Program-made: the position numbers and the translations under genes
Shown here: piece by piece, positions 36,516 to 49,430 of the stretch
Layout: the number at the start of each line of letters is the position of its first letter
Position numbering within the stretch: position 1 is the first letter of the stretch
Notes under the pieces: model-generated
Database searches by the model: none
The model's input: only the letters and a program-made list of their open reading frames with translations
What the model was told of the DNA's origin: nothing
From: Octopus sinensis
Taxonomy: Eukaryota
Length of the DNA stretch: 64,000 nt
Assembly (NCBI RefSeq): GCF_006345805.1
Contig: NC_043003.1
Location: 101,432,001 to 101,496,000 of the forward strand
Direction of reading: 5' to 3'

Positions 36516-37699
36516 TCTTACATATTAAAACTGAAAATGTCTGTGTGTATGTGTATTGTCCTCGTTTTGTGCCAAAATGTGAGAAGGTGGCTTGACTGAT
36601 TTTTCTTAAACTTCACATGCACATTGTTTACGTGTTTGGAGAGGTTTTAAGTATAAATTGACTTCGAAAAAATGTTCGGGTAAATGGCGGGAGGAATAAC
36701 ATTTGGGCATGAGTGAACGGTAGAAATAAAATTTTTAAGCTTCTAAGGGAAATAACCCATTCATTTTCAGTATGCTTATTTCTTAGTATTTGAACTATTT
36801 TAGTTATTTTCTCAATTTATCCAGTACAACGCTTAAACAAGTAAATAGTATTCTTCTAAACAATAAATCCACTTATTTCGGTTAGTGACTTATTCACGAA
36901 TATACCAACTCTAGTGCTGCTGAGGGTAATATTCTCTGGGAACGCACAAAAGCTTTTTTCACAGTTAATTATTTTGAATTGTTATTATCTCATATCTGAT
37001 TAGCCTGTTATTACATAACATGTTTCAGGATTTTAGTATACATACCTTATTAGTATTTCCTCCTAAAATTTTTTTCTCTGGGCTACTTTATTTGAATTCT
37101 TACTATAGGGTAACTAAATTCATGTTATTACATAACTGACTTCACAATTTGAGTATTCATAACTTATTGGGAATTCCTAAAAACATCCTTTGTAAGACAG
37201 TTCGGTATTCTCAATAAATACACAAAAACTGTTTTAAGGGCTACATACTTTGTATTGTTACTGGATTAGCGAAACAATTATGAGAACGGAACCAAGGGAT
37301 AAGCCCCGCTTTCCCGGGAATTACCGGGTATGTCAGCTACTATATATATATATATATATGCTTATTATAGCCTCAGGCTAACCAAAACCTTGTGAGGGGA
37401 TTTCGTATTCAGAAACTGAAAGAAGACTGTCATATATGTGTATGTGTGTGCGTATCTTGTGTTTGTACCCCCACCATTGCTTGGCAACTGATGTTGCTGT
37501 GTTTACATTCACGTAACTTAGCAGTTTGGTAAAAGACACTGGCAGAATGAGTACTAGGCTTACAAAGAATAAATCCTCTGGTTGATTTCTTCAACCAACG
37601 GCTGTGCTCCAGCATGGCCACAGTCACATGTCTGTAACAAGTAAAACCATAAAAATCTATGCCATTTTAATCCCTAGTAAGACCGGGTATCTCTGCTAG
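36516..37699 (+). mobile_element. Non-autonomous Helitron with two 3' termini and an included SINE (~37360-37650)
   Basis: A|TC start within (ATT)n. Hairpin CCCGGGAATTACCGGG then CTAC at 37313-37340. Second hairpin-like CCCTAGTAAGACCGGG then CTAG|T at 37672-37699, after which (ATT)n resumes. Confidence 0.65.
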
Positions 37700-37769
37700 T
37701 TATTATTATTGTTCAGGTCACTGTTTGATTCCAATCAGTGACCTGAACAATGATAATAATAATAATAAT

Positions 37770-37940
37770 ATCGAAAAATACCTTAGGAATGAGAACCCAG
37801 GTTCAAAATTTCCCCAAGACTCCTGATGAAGGCTGGAGGGTATGTCAGCCGAAACGTGTTAACAACGAACAAGTTGAGGACAAATATCCATTGAATGTAA
37901 ATAATGTAAATAATTCCTCATCTCTTAAATATAGAACTCT
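37770..37940 (+). mobile_element. Penelope-like terminal-repeat fragment with hammerhead-like core
   Basis: CTGATGA-A-GGCTG-N10-CAGCC-GAAAC at 37823-37855. Confidence 0.55.
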
Positions 37941-38398
37941 AAACACTCTGGGTTCTCATCCAATCTGTGCAACCTCTCCTTAGCCTCCTTCCTTATAAAT
38001 CTTACAACCACCCTCTTTGCATGATTCTTCATGATATTATACCTGGCTCTCATTTGTTCAGTCCTATTATTACATAAAGCTTTGTGTGCCGCCTTCCTTA
38101 CTATTGCATCGCTCACCTTCTCATTCTACCACCACGTATCTCCTCGATCTGTCCTACCCTTCGTCCTTTCACACACTTTGTCATATGCCTTTAAGTATCC
38201 TTTCTTTAAAAGACTTCCACAGATCTGGTACCTCGGTGCTTACCAACTCTCCAACTCTTTCCTCAAATCTTGGTCTTGTTTCTTCTTCCACACCTTTCTC
38301 CACTCAACTATTCTCTTTCTCACAAGTCAGCAACCACCAACCTGTGCTGCAACTCCCCTGGTATTCACATCTCTCAGATATTTTCTGTTTTTCCTGCT

Positions 38399-39209
38399 GG
38401 ATCTTTTCACTTTGACCGGCAGATATTTAAAATAATTTTTTTGTAACTAAACACTTTTAAACTTCTTATACTGGTAGAATGTGTTTATAAAACATCTTTT
38501 GCTCTTGGCTTTCTTGAGAAAATTCTGTAGTTTGTAAGTTATTTGTTGTTTAATTTCGGGAATTTCAACCAATCAATGATATCTATTGTGGTGAAAACGA
38601 TTTATGCCGTAATGTGTCAACAACAATTATTTCCGATGTCATATAAAATTGTCCCTGTTATTTATGAGAAAGAAAGATACCCTGTGGCCATAAAGTGAGG
38701 GGTCACTCGTAAACAGAGCTGGGTAACAAAACCGTTCCCTCTTTAGTGTCCACCCATAATTATGACCCTAGTATCGATCTATTGCATTTCAATCTGTTTT
38801 AGGGCTAAGGTTTGGGTTAGGAGTGGGGGGAAGGTTATCTTTTTTTCTTCAGAAATGTAAATAAACCCAATCTGTTTCTTAAACGAATATGTAATATGTG
38901 TATCTGTGCAACAGAGGAAAATTAAAACTGCATTTGTAAATAACGGACAATTTCATATGACACCGGAAATAATTGTTGTTGACACATTACGGCAGAAATT
39001 GTTTTCACCTCAATAGACGTCATTGATTGGTTGAAATTGCCAAAATCCAAGAAATTAAAGACCAAATATCTTACAAACTACAGAATTTTCTCAAGAAAGT
39101 CAAGAAAAAAAGATGTTTTATAAACACATTCTACCAGTATACGAAGTTTAAAAGTGTTTAGTTACAAAGAAATTATTAAAAAAATCTGCCAGTCAAAGCG
39201 AAAAGATCC
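38399..39209. mobile_element. 811-bp MITE with ~265-bp TIRs and 8-bp TSD
   Basis: Ends GGATCTTTTCACTTTGACCGGCAG / CTGCCAGTCAAAGCGAAAAGATCC. Flanks TTCCTGCT and TTCCTGCC. The RTE reading frame continues across the insertion. Confidence 0.85.
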
Positions 39210-40679
39210 TTCCTGCCAACCAACGTGAAATCAATCTCTGTCTCCTTCCTTCCTGCACACTGAAAGTCACCCTTTTCTCTGTTTTCCTAAACCATGTATT
39301 CGCCACGCACAACTCTTTCTCATCACAAAACTCCAACAGTATCCTTCCTTCCAAATATCTCTCCCCAATTTCATTTCCCCCATGCATACCCTCAAAGCCC
39401 TGGATCCATTTCCCAACATGTCTGTTAAAATCACCCATGCCCAAAACCAATTCATCTACCCTATGTAAGTCCCGCTCAATCACCATTTCAGCAAAGAACT
39501 ACCCTTTCTCAGCGATCCCTCTTCCACTTTGCAGACCATACCCACAAATCACCCTCACCACTTCTTCAAATGCTAACACTACTGTCATCACTGTCACTCT
39601 TTCTCCTGACCTCCACCACCTTCTCACAGATTTTTTCTTTCACCAAAACTCCCACACCTCCAGTACCCATGCTATTTCCTGACCACCACAACGTTGTACC
39701 TTCTTCCCTTGACCCCCACAAATCTTGCACCCTGGCCCCTCCACCTAACCTCCTGCACACAATACACATCCACCCTCCTCTTCCTCAATTCCTCATGCAC
39801 CTCAGTTCCCCTTCCACACAGACTGCCCACATTCCAACTTCCCAATCTCATCCCATCAGCCATCATAAGGCAAGTCATGCTTGCGCAATCTTCTTTTTTC
39901 AGGTAGGCAGGTGCAACCCACCCCGACCTTTGGGCTGGCTGGCTAGTGCCCATTCTCCTTTGCTATTATCATGAGGCATTTTCATAGCTTACCCCCAACC
40001 TCAGTTTCTAGAAATGAGTGGTCCAGAGACCAAAGCCTCTACCACGATTTTTAAGAAACTTTATTTCAATTAAAGTGTGTGTGTGTGTATGTATATATGT
40101 GTGTATATATTACTAAAGAAAGCAAAAAATAAAACAAAAATGATAGTGTTCAGTATGTTGGTGACAAGAATTTCTGCCAAAGAGACATAGTTAAACAGTC
40201 ATACATCATCTCCCTCTTTCTCTCCCTCTCTTTGTTTATCTTCACCACCACACTCACTGTCTATGCCTACTATTACTCTCTCCCCATCATGAGGAATAGT
40301 AGGAATGTCATTGAATAGTGTGACACACTGACACAGAAATTAGTTTTTGCATTTATTATATTAGATATCTTGTCTTTTTAGGAATGTGAGATTACTTGGA
40401 GTGGATTCCCAGTTCCTTCATTTCTGCCCCTTTTAGTCACCTCTTATACCATGCAGGGAATACAGCGACTGCATTCTACCATCCCCCTCCCCCAGTCGCA
40501 GAGCGGGTTTGCTAGTTAACCCATACATAGCTGGGGCTCTTACAGGAGCTACCACTCCTAGCCAGGATAGACCTAGGAATAATAGTGCCTAAGAGGTGGT
40601 TCCACATTCCTCAGACCCTGAAACCAGAGCCCCAGAGTCCTACTATTGGATGTAGTTTAGAGTCATACCCAGGACAATT

Positions 40680-42060
40680 GGAAGGGAAGAGGTGAGGGAA
40701 TCATTGTAGAAGATGGCAAACCGGAAGGCACTAGATAAAGATGGGTGTACAGTGGAATGCCTAAAGAAAAAAGGAGTGACAGTGATTGAATGGTTAGTGA
40801 AGCTTATGAATGTTTGTTATATGGCTGGAAGGGTACCAAAGGACTGGTGCAGTGCCTGTATAGTGCCACTCACTGTACAAGGGGAAAGGGGATAAATGTC
40901 TGTGTGGAAATTTTAGGGGTATAAGTCTGTTCTGTGTTGTTGGTAAACTGTATGGGAGAATTCTGATTGTAAGGATGAAAAACCAGACAGAGAATGTACT
41001 AGGAGAGGAGCAGTGCGGTTTTAGGAGTGGAAGTGGGTGTACAGATCAAATTTTTGTAGTAAGGCAGATGTGTGAGAAGTTTTTGGTTAAAATAGGGATG
41101 TGTATTGGGCCTTTATGGACCTAGAGACAGCATATGAACATGTGGCAGGTGTTGCGGTTGTATGGAGTAAATGGTAGATTGTTGAGAGTGGTACAGAGTT
41201 TTTATAAAGAAAGTAGGGTGGGTGGTGAAGTGAGTGAGTGGTTTGTGAAGGTGGGGTTAAGACAGGGTTGTGTGATGTCTCCGTGATTGTCTAATTTATA
41301 TATGGATGATGTGGTGAGAGAGGTGAATGCTAGAACCTTTGGTAGGGGACCCCAGATGGTGGGAAAAATTGGATAGAAACAGTGAGTCAGTTGTTGTTTA
41401 CTGATGATACAGCACTGGTGGCAGATTTGGAAGAGCAACTGAGGAGACTGGTGGTAGAGTTTGGAAGAGTTTGTGAGAGGAGGAAACTGAAAGGGAATTT
41501 AGCTAAGAGTAAGGTGATGAGATGTTCGAGAGATGGAATGGCTGGTAGGATGGATGTGAGTATAAATGGTGAGATGTTAGAGGAGGTGAGTGTTTTTAAG
41601 TATCTGGTATCACATGTGAGTGTGGATGGTGGGGTTGGCTGAGGAAGTGGGATACAGAGTGAGGGAGGGGAGTAAGATACTTGGAGTTGTGAACGGTATG
41701 CTGAGAGATAAAAGGTTGAGTATGAGGGCATGATTGTGCCGACGATGTTATATGGTGCAGATGTCTGAGGGCTATGGTTGGTGTCAGAGATGGATAGGAT
41801 GAGGAATGAGGAGGTGCGACGGTGAGCAAGGATGAGAGAAAACTAACAATCAAAATGGATAGACGAATGTTGAGGTGGTTTGACCACATGGAGAGGATGG
41901 AGGAGCAGATGGTAAGGAGGGTGATGAAGACAGGCGTGGTAGGCAGAAGAACCAGTGGCAGACTTCAGTTTGTGTGGATGGATGGAGTGAGGGAGAGAAG
42001 CAAGAGAGTTTATATGTGATAGGAAAGCTTGTAGAGTGTTTGTGGATGGATGAATGGATT
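40680..42060 (+). mobile_element. Second RTE-type LINE RT remnant
   Basis: VPKDWCSACIVPL, EEQCGFRSG..TDQIFVVRQMCEK and QLLFTDDTALVAD. Many stops. Confidence 0.8.
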
Positions 42061-42740
42061 TGATGTTGCTCAAAGGGGTACCAAACCAGCATATGTTGTT
42101 GGGCCCCGCTACTGATATTGAGGGTTAAGTTCTATGTGTTGACCCGAGCACCATATGGGGCTCACCTCTTTGAGCTGGGAAATGAATGGAATGCTTGGTG
42201 TGTGTCTTGTTATGGCCACACCCTCCTAAAAAGAAAAAATGGGGAATAGGCCTGCATGTGTATGTATATATACACGTGTGTGTGTGTGATTATATATATA
42301 TAATTTCTTTGAACTGTTTCAGCTTTAAAGCTGTGCTCATGCTGGGGCACATATAAGGCAGGATAGGAAAAGAAGTGTTTTAGTTTCCCTAATCTTTACA
42401 GTCAAAACACATTAAGCTTTCTGTGGATAGAGAAAACAATGGTATTGCTCTGTTTAGCTTTGTTGATATAAAAATATCTGTCCTACCAACTATAAATATT
42501 GACTACAGCTCATCACTTTAGCTATGCGGAAGGACTTTAAAGTAATGTTGTCTAGCTCTTTCATACAGAGATTGCACCTGCTAATTATAGTTATGACTGG
42601 GCTAAGGGAAAACACAATATATTGTAGTTAAACTCATTTGTATACAAATCACTGAGTGAAGAGGATAACAATGTTTTTGTAATGAATGTGTTTTAGATTT
42701 TATTTTTAATTTGTTTTGTTTTTTCTTTTATTCACTTTAG

Positions 42741-42928
42741 AAATCCTGTCAGTCTAGTTTCCAGTCTCACCTGGACAAACTATTTCAAATATTGTCACAA
42801 GAACAGAACCAGCATTGGTGGGCCAGTGTTCACATGATCAAATTAATTGTGACCAGTTGTAATAAAGATGACCTCTTGTCTATAAAACAGTTCACCACAC
42901 TCATAGAGTCAGGTTCTTTACCTCTACA
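42741..42928 (+). CDS. NOL11: NOL11 homologue, exon G (188 nt, phase 0/2)
   Basis: TTCACTTTAG acceptor, GTAAGT donor. Encodes KSCQSSFQSHLDKLFQILSQEQNQHWWASVHMIKLIVTSCNKDDLLSIKQFTTLIESGSLPL. Confidence 0.8.
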
Positions 42929-44298
42929 GTAAGTAACCTCAACATTTTTGTCAGCTTTCACAGACCTGTGAGGATGTTACCTTTTTCGTTTTTCTTTTCT
43001 TCTGTTTTTTTTCTCATCTTTCATACCAGTCAAGTCCTGGTATTTATTTTAAGAACTAAACCCATCCCTAACCTATTAGCATTCAAACTGGCCTTATCTG
43101 GCCTAGATATGCTACTTGCTTTATGTTCTAGCCAGCCAGATCCAGTCTATCACATCTACACTTCAATGCTAGTATAAAATCTATCACGTCATCAATTTCA
43201 AAGCTACAAAATGATGCATGATTAATTAATGTGAATGAAAAGTGTTACATTTGACAGCATGATCTGAATGTTAAAGGACTTAAATATGTTGCTTGTGCCT
43301 TTGTTAAAAATAACCATCATTATTGTAGTGTATTGGCAAAACCATTTCAGCCTCTCTGACAAAATGCTTTGTGATAGTTATGGCTCTTTGCATTTAGAGT
43401 TCAAATGGCTCTAGTGTCAACTATATCTTTCCTCCTTTCTGGGTCAATAAAAATAAAGTACCAGTCAAGTACTGGGGTTGCACTACTCAATAAACCCTTT
43501 CCCTCAAAGATTATTGTTCTTGTGCTTAAACTAGAAACCATTCTTTGGTTCAAGCTGGTAGAATTGTTAGAGAATTGAACAAAATGCCTTGTGCTATTTG
43601 TTCTGGTTCTATATTTTCTGAGTTCAATTCCCACCGAGATCAACTTTACCCATCATCTTTCCAGGTTCAATAAAACAGAGAACCAGTCAAATACTGGGGT
43701 CAATGGTATCAACTAAGGGTTGATAAAAATAAAGTACAAGTACTGGGGCTGTAGTGCTCAATTAATCCCTCCCCTCAAAATTGCTGACCTTGTGCCTAAA
43801 TTAGAAATCATCATCATCATCATTATTATTATTATTATGAAGGCAATGAATTGGCAGAATCATTTAGTGCATCAGACACAATGCTTGGCAGCATTTTGAC
43901 CATCCTCATATGCTAAGTTAAAATTCCCCAAGGTCAATTTTACCTTTCATCCTTTCAAGGTCAATAAAATAAGTACCAGTTACACACTGGGTTGATGTAA
44001 TTGACTAATCCCCTCCTCCCAAATTTCAGGCCTTGTGCTTTTTGTAGAAAGGATTATCATTAGTTCAAATCCTGCCAGAATTGACTTTGTCTTTCATGCT
44101 TTTGGTATTGATGAAATAAAAATTAGTCAATGTATTAGGGTTAATTTTTTTAATGCCTCCTCCCCTTGAAAAACTCATTTTGTGCCAAAAAAGGAAACTA
44201 TTATTATTGATATTTAATATAGTTGTTCTTTGGTACCCAACTCATTTATCTTACATATATTATTTTTAAAAAAACATCTTTTTCTATTCCTTTTCTAG

Positions 44299-44424
44299 GT
44301 GTTTGCCAGATTTGATTAATTCTCTCATTAAGAAAAAGGAACCAAGTCTTGTGGATTTAGCTGTGAAAAAACTTTCAGATATCCCGGAAATTTGTTTAGC
44401 AAATATCATAAAATTTTATCTTAG
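44299..44424 (+). CDS. NOL11: NOL11 homologue, exon H (126 nt, phase 2/2)
   Basis: TTTTCTAG acceptor, GTAAGT donor. Encodes (Q)CLPDLINSLIKKKEPSLVDLAVKKLSDIPEICLANIIKFYL, closely resembling NOL11 LCPDLMEIALKKKDVQLL..FPDIPESVTCACLKIFLS. Confidence 0.9.
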
Positions 44425-45677
44425 GTAAGTTGGCTGGTGCATGGACATGTGCATACACAAGAAGTCCAGTTGGTGAGGAGCAAATAAAGTTATAAGTCTT
44501 CCGATGCACAGTGTGAGCTTTAAGAAAAGGAGAGTGGAGTATGACATGAGTGGGTAATAAACCATCTTCAACTGAGCTAAGTGAAGTAGGCAGAATTATT
44601 GCCTTACTCAGAGAAACAAAATAATAGCAGTGAGTAAGGCTTTAGCTCATGATCATATGAGCTATAGTAGCAATAGTAGACATGCATCTGAACTGATGTG
44701 GTATGATCAATATAGATGTAGTATTTTTAGTGTCCTTTCTGTTAGTATTGCCAAAGGCTCTAGATTAGCACAATGAGTCAAGTGATGAACAAAAAACTTG
44801 CATTATTTAGTCATGTTCTGAGTTCAAATTCCACCTGGTTCAAGTTACCCATCTAAGGTTGATAAAAGAAGTACCAGTCACCAGCTAAGCTCAATATGTG
44901 TATGTGTCCATGTATAAAATCCTTATTATTGTAGCCAATGTTGTTCAAGTGGTGATGTTCTTGATACATTTCATCTTCAAAAATATGTTAGAAGGTCTCA
45001 CTTATTAACATCATTATTAAAGAGAACGTGTTAATGATTATTTTAGCATCTGCATTGTTGTTGTTGTTGCCTCTGCCACCACCATCACCCATATTAATTG
45101 TTTTGGACAGAACTATAACTTAGAGGTAGCCTATAAAACACACCACAAGACTCATTATTATTCTGTGTGTGACTCTATTGTCTGTTGTGTGCAAGATCTC
45201 TTAAGAAATAAGTCTTTTGTATAAGGTTCCTATTGTGGAAGTAAATGGATGATTTAGCTGCTATGTTCAGTTTAAGGACTATGTACAGAAGCATTGTTAT
45301 TCACAGAATGCTAGGGAGTGGCTGTGATGGTCTGTAGCATACATTCATCTTTTGCCTTATTAAATTATATGCAAATATTTGTATAATTACTTATTAGATT
45401 ATATGCAGATATTCATATAATTAATATAAATATCCCACTAATTCCTGAAGGGAGACACAGGAAAAATCATTAATGAGTCATAGATATTTTAACTGATATA
45501 GATATATTTAAAAAATTGAGAAAATGAACTACAAAACATCAAAATATTAATCTGGCACTTTAATGGAAACTGACAAAGAGTGTATGTAAAATTATAACTT
45601 ACCAAAACATTCAAATGACTTTCAAATTCCTCTAGAGTTGCCTCCATCCATTCTGCTCTGTGCTCAAACAACTAATA

Positions 45678-45799
45678 CAGTGGTTCTCAACCCTTTTATT
45701 TAAATGACTTTTCCCTGCTTAATCCTTATGTATATATAAATGAAATTTTGAATTTAGTTCACGGACTCCCCTTTGCGGGCCCTGGGTTGGGAACCACTG
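45678..45799. mobile_element. Short hAT/Charlie-like MITE
   Basis: TIRs CAGTGGTTCTCAACCC / GGGTTGGGAACCACTG (1 mismatch). No clean TSD. Confidence 0.6.
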
Positions 45800-45831
45800 A
45801 AATATCTTTTTTTTTTTTTTTTATGGGACTA

Positions 45832-48350
45832 CTAGCAGAAGCACCCAGGAATGAAATTGTTCCTTATATATTGAAAGAATAAAGCAAAATATGTTGTATA
45901 GAAATTTATTATTCTATATTCAATTTATTCTTCAATTGGGAAATCAACTCTGAATTCATAATACAAAAGAAATAAAATAATAATAATAAAGAACGAAAAT
46001 ATAAGATTTACCACTTTTATGAAGGGCGATAAATTCTATCACATATGCTGAAGGAAATTATGTAAGTGCTTCTGGTTAAACAACATTCTTTGTTTTCTGG
46101 TTTGGAGCATAGACAAATAATTCTTGTGAAGTACCAACCCTGGGGCAACCAACATAAAGTTGACCATGAGAAAAGCAAGGCTCAATTAAGTGCAAGCCAA
46201 TAGATTCCAAAGTCTGACCTTGAGCTTTCTTAATAGACATTGCTAAGCAAAGTCACACTGGGAATTGTGTTCGTTTGAACTTAAATGACGTCTGTTGGTT
46301 TGATTGGAATTCTTGGAATGAAAACCTCTTCCCCAGAGGGACATCCAATGATGATAGTAACGTCTGTCACTTTAAGTGATAATGTCTTCACAATCAACCT
46401 TATCCCATTGCATAATTTAGGAGGAAATAAGTTTCTTAGAAGTATTATTAGGACTCCTACCTTCAGAAAAAGTTTGTGGAGGAGTTCCAGGTGGCTTGAG
46501 AATGAGGAACTCTATTGGGTAATGGACAGCATGATTTTCATCAAGGACTGAATCAACTGATTTGTACTCCTTTATGACTGTTGGAATCTTATTCATTAAA
46601 TTATGGTTAATACTGTCTCATTTTTTTTGAGCAAGAATTGCCGTTTCACACAACCATTTATGTGAATTATAATTATTACCTAAGTCTGGAAATACCCTGT
46701 TCTTCAATTTGGCTGGGGAATTCACCACCATGGCAATATGAGCCAAATTGATATCACCCTTCCCATCAAATGGTACTTTCCCATTTCCTAATTGGAGGAG
46801 CCAGGTTGAAAACTTTTTTGCACATTGGTCCCCATGTAATAAAGCTCGCACATTAGTAATGAAGGAGGATTTCTGTACTTTATTCCATAGGTTTGAAGAC
46901 TTAATACATACTTTTATTTCATCAAGTGTTGTTCATCTCAGAATGACTGGTAATGTCTGTCTGGTCTCCTGATAAAACTAATTTATCTCCTTCCATAGGT
47001 TTATTGTTGCCTCTTATATCCTGTAAGGTCTTGCACCTCTGTGTGACATGGTACATTCATCCCAAATGATCAGGTGGTGTTCACACAACACTTCTGCTGA
47101 ACCTGAACCATTGCTTATGTTACAGATTGGACTGTTATTTTTGACCATGTTTAGCAGTAATTTAAAAGCTGAATGAGCTGTTCGTCCTCCTGGGAGAATG
47201 GTGGCAACAATGCCAGACAGTAGTACAGCAACTGCAATTCTTTTTTGTTGCCTTACCTTGGAGAGAAGCAATGCTACAAATGTTTTACCTGTGCCACCAG
47301 GAGCATCATGAAAGAAAATTCTACTTTTTTTCTCTGATTGACGAAATAATTTTATCATATGCACAACATTGTTCTGGAAGAAGTTTAGGTTCGTGTTCAT
47401 TCACAAATGCAACCAACTCTGTGGTATAATTTATCTCTCTTGCTATGTCTCTTGAAGTTAAACCACTTATTTGACAGTGTTTTTGACAGTCTAGAGCCAG
47501 ACTCTTGCAAATTTTTGCCTCCCATGGCCAAAACTTGATCCTCAATTTCAATCAGTGCTTCATTAAAAATCGTTTCAGAGAACTCAGTATTGATATAAAT
47601 GGATTTGCCTGGTGAACTGCATAGGGTCTGCCAAGTTGATATATGTTCAGTATAACTGCAGAAAGGTTACAGAATTTCCAAGGAGAATCTGGTATTGATG
47701 TTTTAGTCAATGTAATGTCCGTGCTCATCATTTTCTAAAAAACCTTGTTGATAGCATGCTTTCCTATAAGTTTCTCACACATGACCATTTACCTTCCTCA
47801 AATCTTGGAATGATTTGGGACCACATACTTTATGCAAAAGGAGCTGTAAGTAGTAGCATTCTGTTTGGTTTGGGTGGACACAGTAAACTCTTGCAAGAGC
47901 ATCAGCTCATGTTTCCTCTTGTGCCATTTATTGTTTCTCCAGCTGTAATACTTGGGTAATTGTGAGTAAAGGAGTTTTCTTGCATCTTTTATCTACTTGA
48001 CACAACTTTTAAAAAGGAAGGCAGTAAGAGTTCTTTTGAAGAAAGTGCTTGTTGCATAGCTGTTTGTTTTGTAAAGATAACTCTGTGGCTGTAATCTAGA
48101 CGGACTCTCAGATGAATGATGGTTGTGTGCCTCTCATAAATGGGAAAATTGAAGATGTGCCAAAAAGCCTCATTGGTACTGATGTATCTTCCTCTGTCAT
48201 ACTGCGCAACTTCGTCATTTTTATTTATCTGTTGACTGCCATTCTGTATAAGAGTGTATGTTGCAGCATCTAAACCTTTGTTTATATATTTGCAAGCATA
48301 ATTAATACAGTTAACAGAGTTGCAGAAGTCCACTTTGACTACCTGTACTC
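45832..48350 (-). mobile_element. Autonomous-type Helitron remnant (RepHel: Rep end and PIF1 helicase), pseudogenised
   Basis: CKYINKG..DEVAQYDRGRYISTNEAFWHIFNFPIYERH (47989-48333), Walker A DAPGGTGKTF..LPGGRTAHSAFKL..IIWDECTMSH (47014-47400), LLQLGNG and FIPRIPI. CTAG terminus candidate at 45832. Confidence 0.9.
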
Positions 48351-48696
48351 ATCTTTGCTTCACTGTAGAATACTGATCATCTACGTCTTCGGAAACTTTT
48401 TGGAAAATTAAAATGGGGATTAAATGAAAAAATGAGTTATGTGAATATCTTCATGCACACACAAATACATACAGTATCAAACATCAGATGAAATGGATGT
48501 ATGTATATGAGAGAGAGAGAGAGCGAGTGAAGGGGTGTGTTGTCATGTATATGTACATACATAAATATGCATACATCTTTTTTGTATGTGTGTATGTGAG
48601 AGAGAGAGAGTGCCACTTAGACGTCATTCTTTCTCTCTCTCTGTCTCTCACACACATACATACAAAAAAGATGTATGCATATGTATTTATGTATAC

Positions 48697-48709
48697 ATGA
48701 CAACACACC

Positions 48710-48760
<51 letters not shown>

Positions 48761-48765
48761 CTCTC
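48697..48765. repeat. (CT)n microsatellite
   Basis: Directly visible at ~48714-48760. Confidence 0.85.
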
Positions 48766-49430
48766 TCATACACACACACATACATAAATGTATACAAATG
48801 TAAATACAAAAACACACAAGTGCATGTGTGACTGACAACAAATACATAGAGCTGAACATGGTGCACAAAAAGTAATTAAATAAAAACTTTTTACTGAGTG
48901 TGCAGATTCAGGGGAAACTTGTGAACTTAGTAGATAATTCTTTCAGTAATTTATTGTAGTTGTTTGCACATAGTGAATTAAAACTTGAAATGGAAACATT
49001 GAAATAGTGAGTGAGAGATTTCGTTGTTGCTACGTCACTACCAGAAGTTGACATTTTAAAGAAGTGAATCATATATATAAAACACTATTATTTATCTTTA
49101 ATTAAAAAAAATAAACTGAAGAGCCTATTATGTATCCGAGGTCAAATTATTCATATATCCCAAGTATGGAAGCAATTTGCACAGCCGTTTTCACATGAAA
49201 AGCAAATATACTCACACACATATACATACATAGGTGTATTTTATATAAGATATATATATATATATATATATATATTAAGAGATAAGACCAAAAGAGATAT
49301 CACTGCAACTGACTATTAACAACCAGTCATGTGACTTGAGTCAAGAGACTAAGCTCCTGAAACAATATTCCCAAACAGTCACATTCTGTCACAACTAAAC
49401 TTATGTGTTTATTTTGCTTTTACTTCATAG

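Larger units (their letters stand above)
34440..39980 (-). mobile_element. Near full-length RTE-clade LINE (APE endonuclease and RT), split by nested insertions
   Basis: Endonuclease GSWNVGSLCGR..VDVYCVQEVRW..GDFNRHVG (39193-39953). RT QFGFIPGRRTKDAVFIVRRLQE..GSELSPLLFAIVLD..LYADDLVL (34733-36187). Interrupted at 36270-37945 and 38399-39209. Confidence 0.9.
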
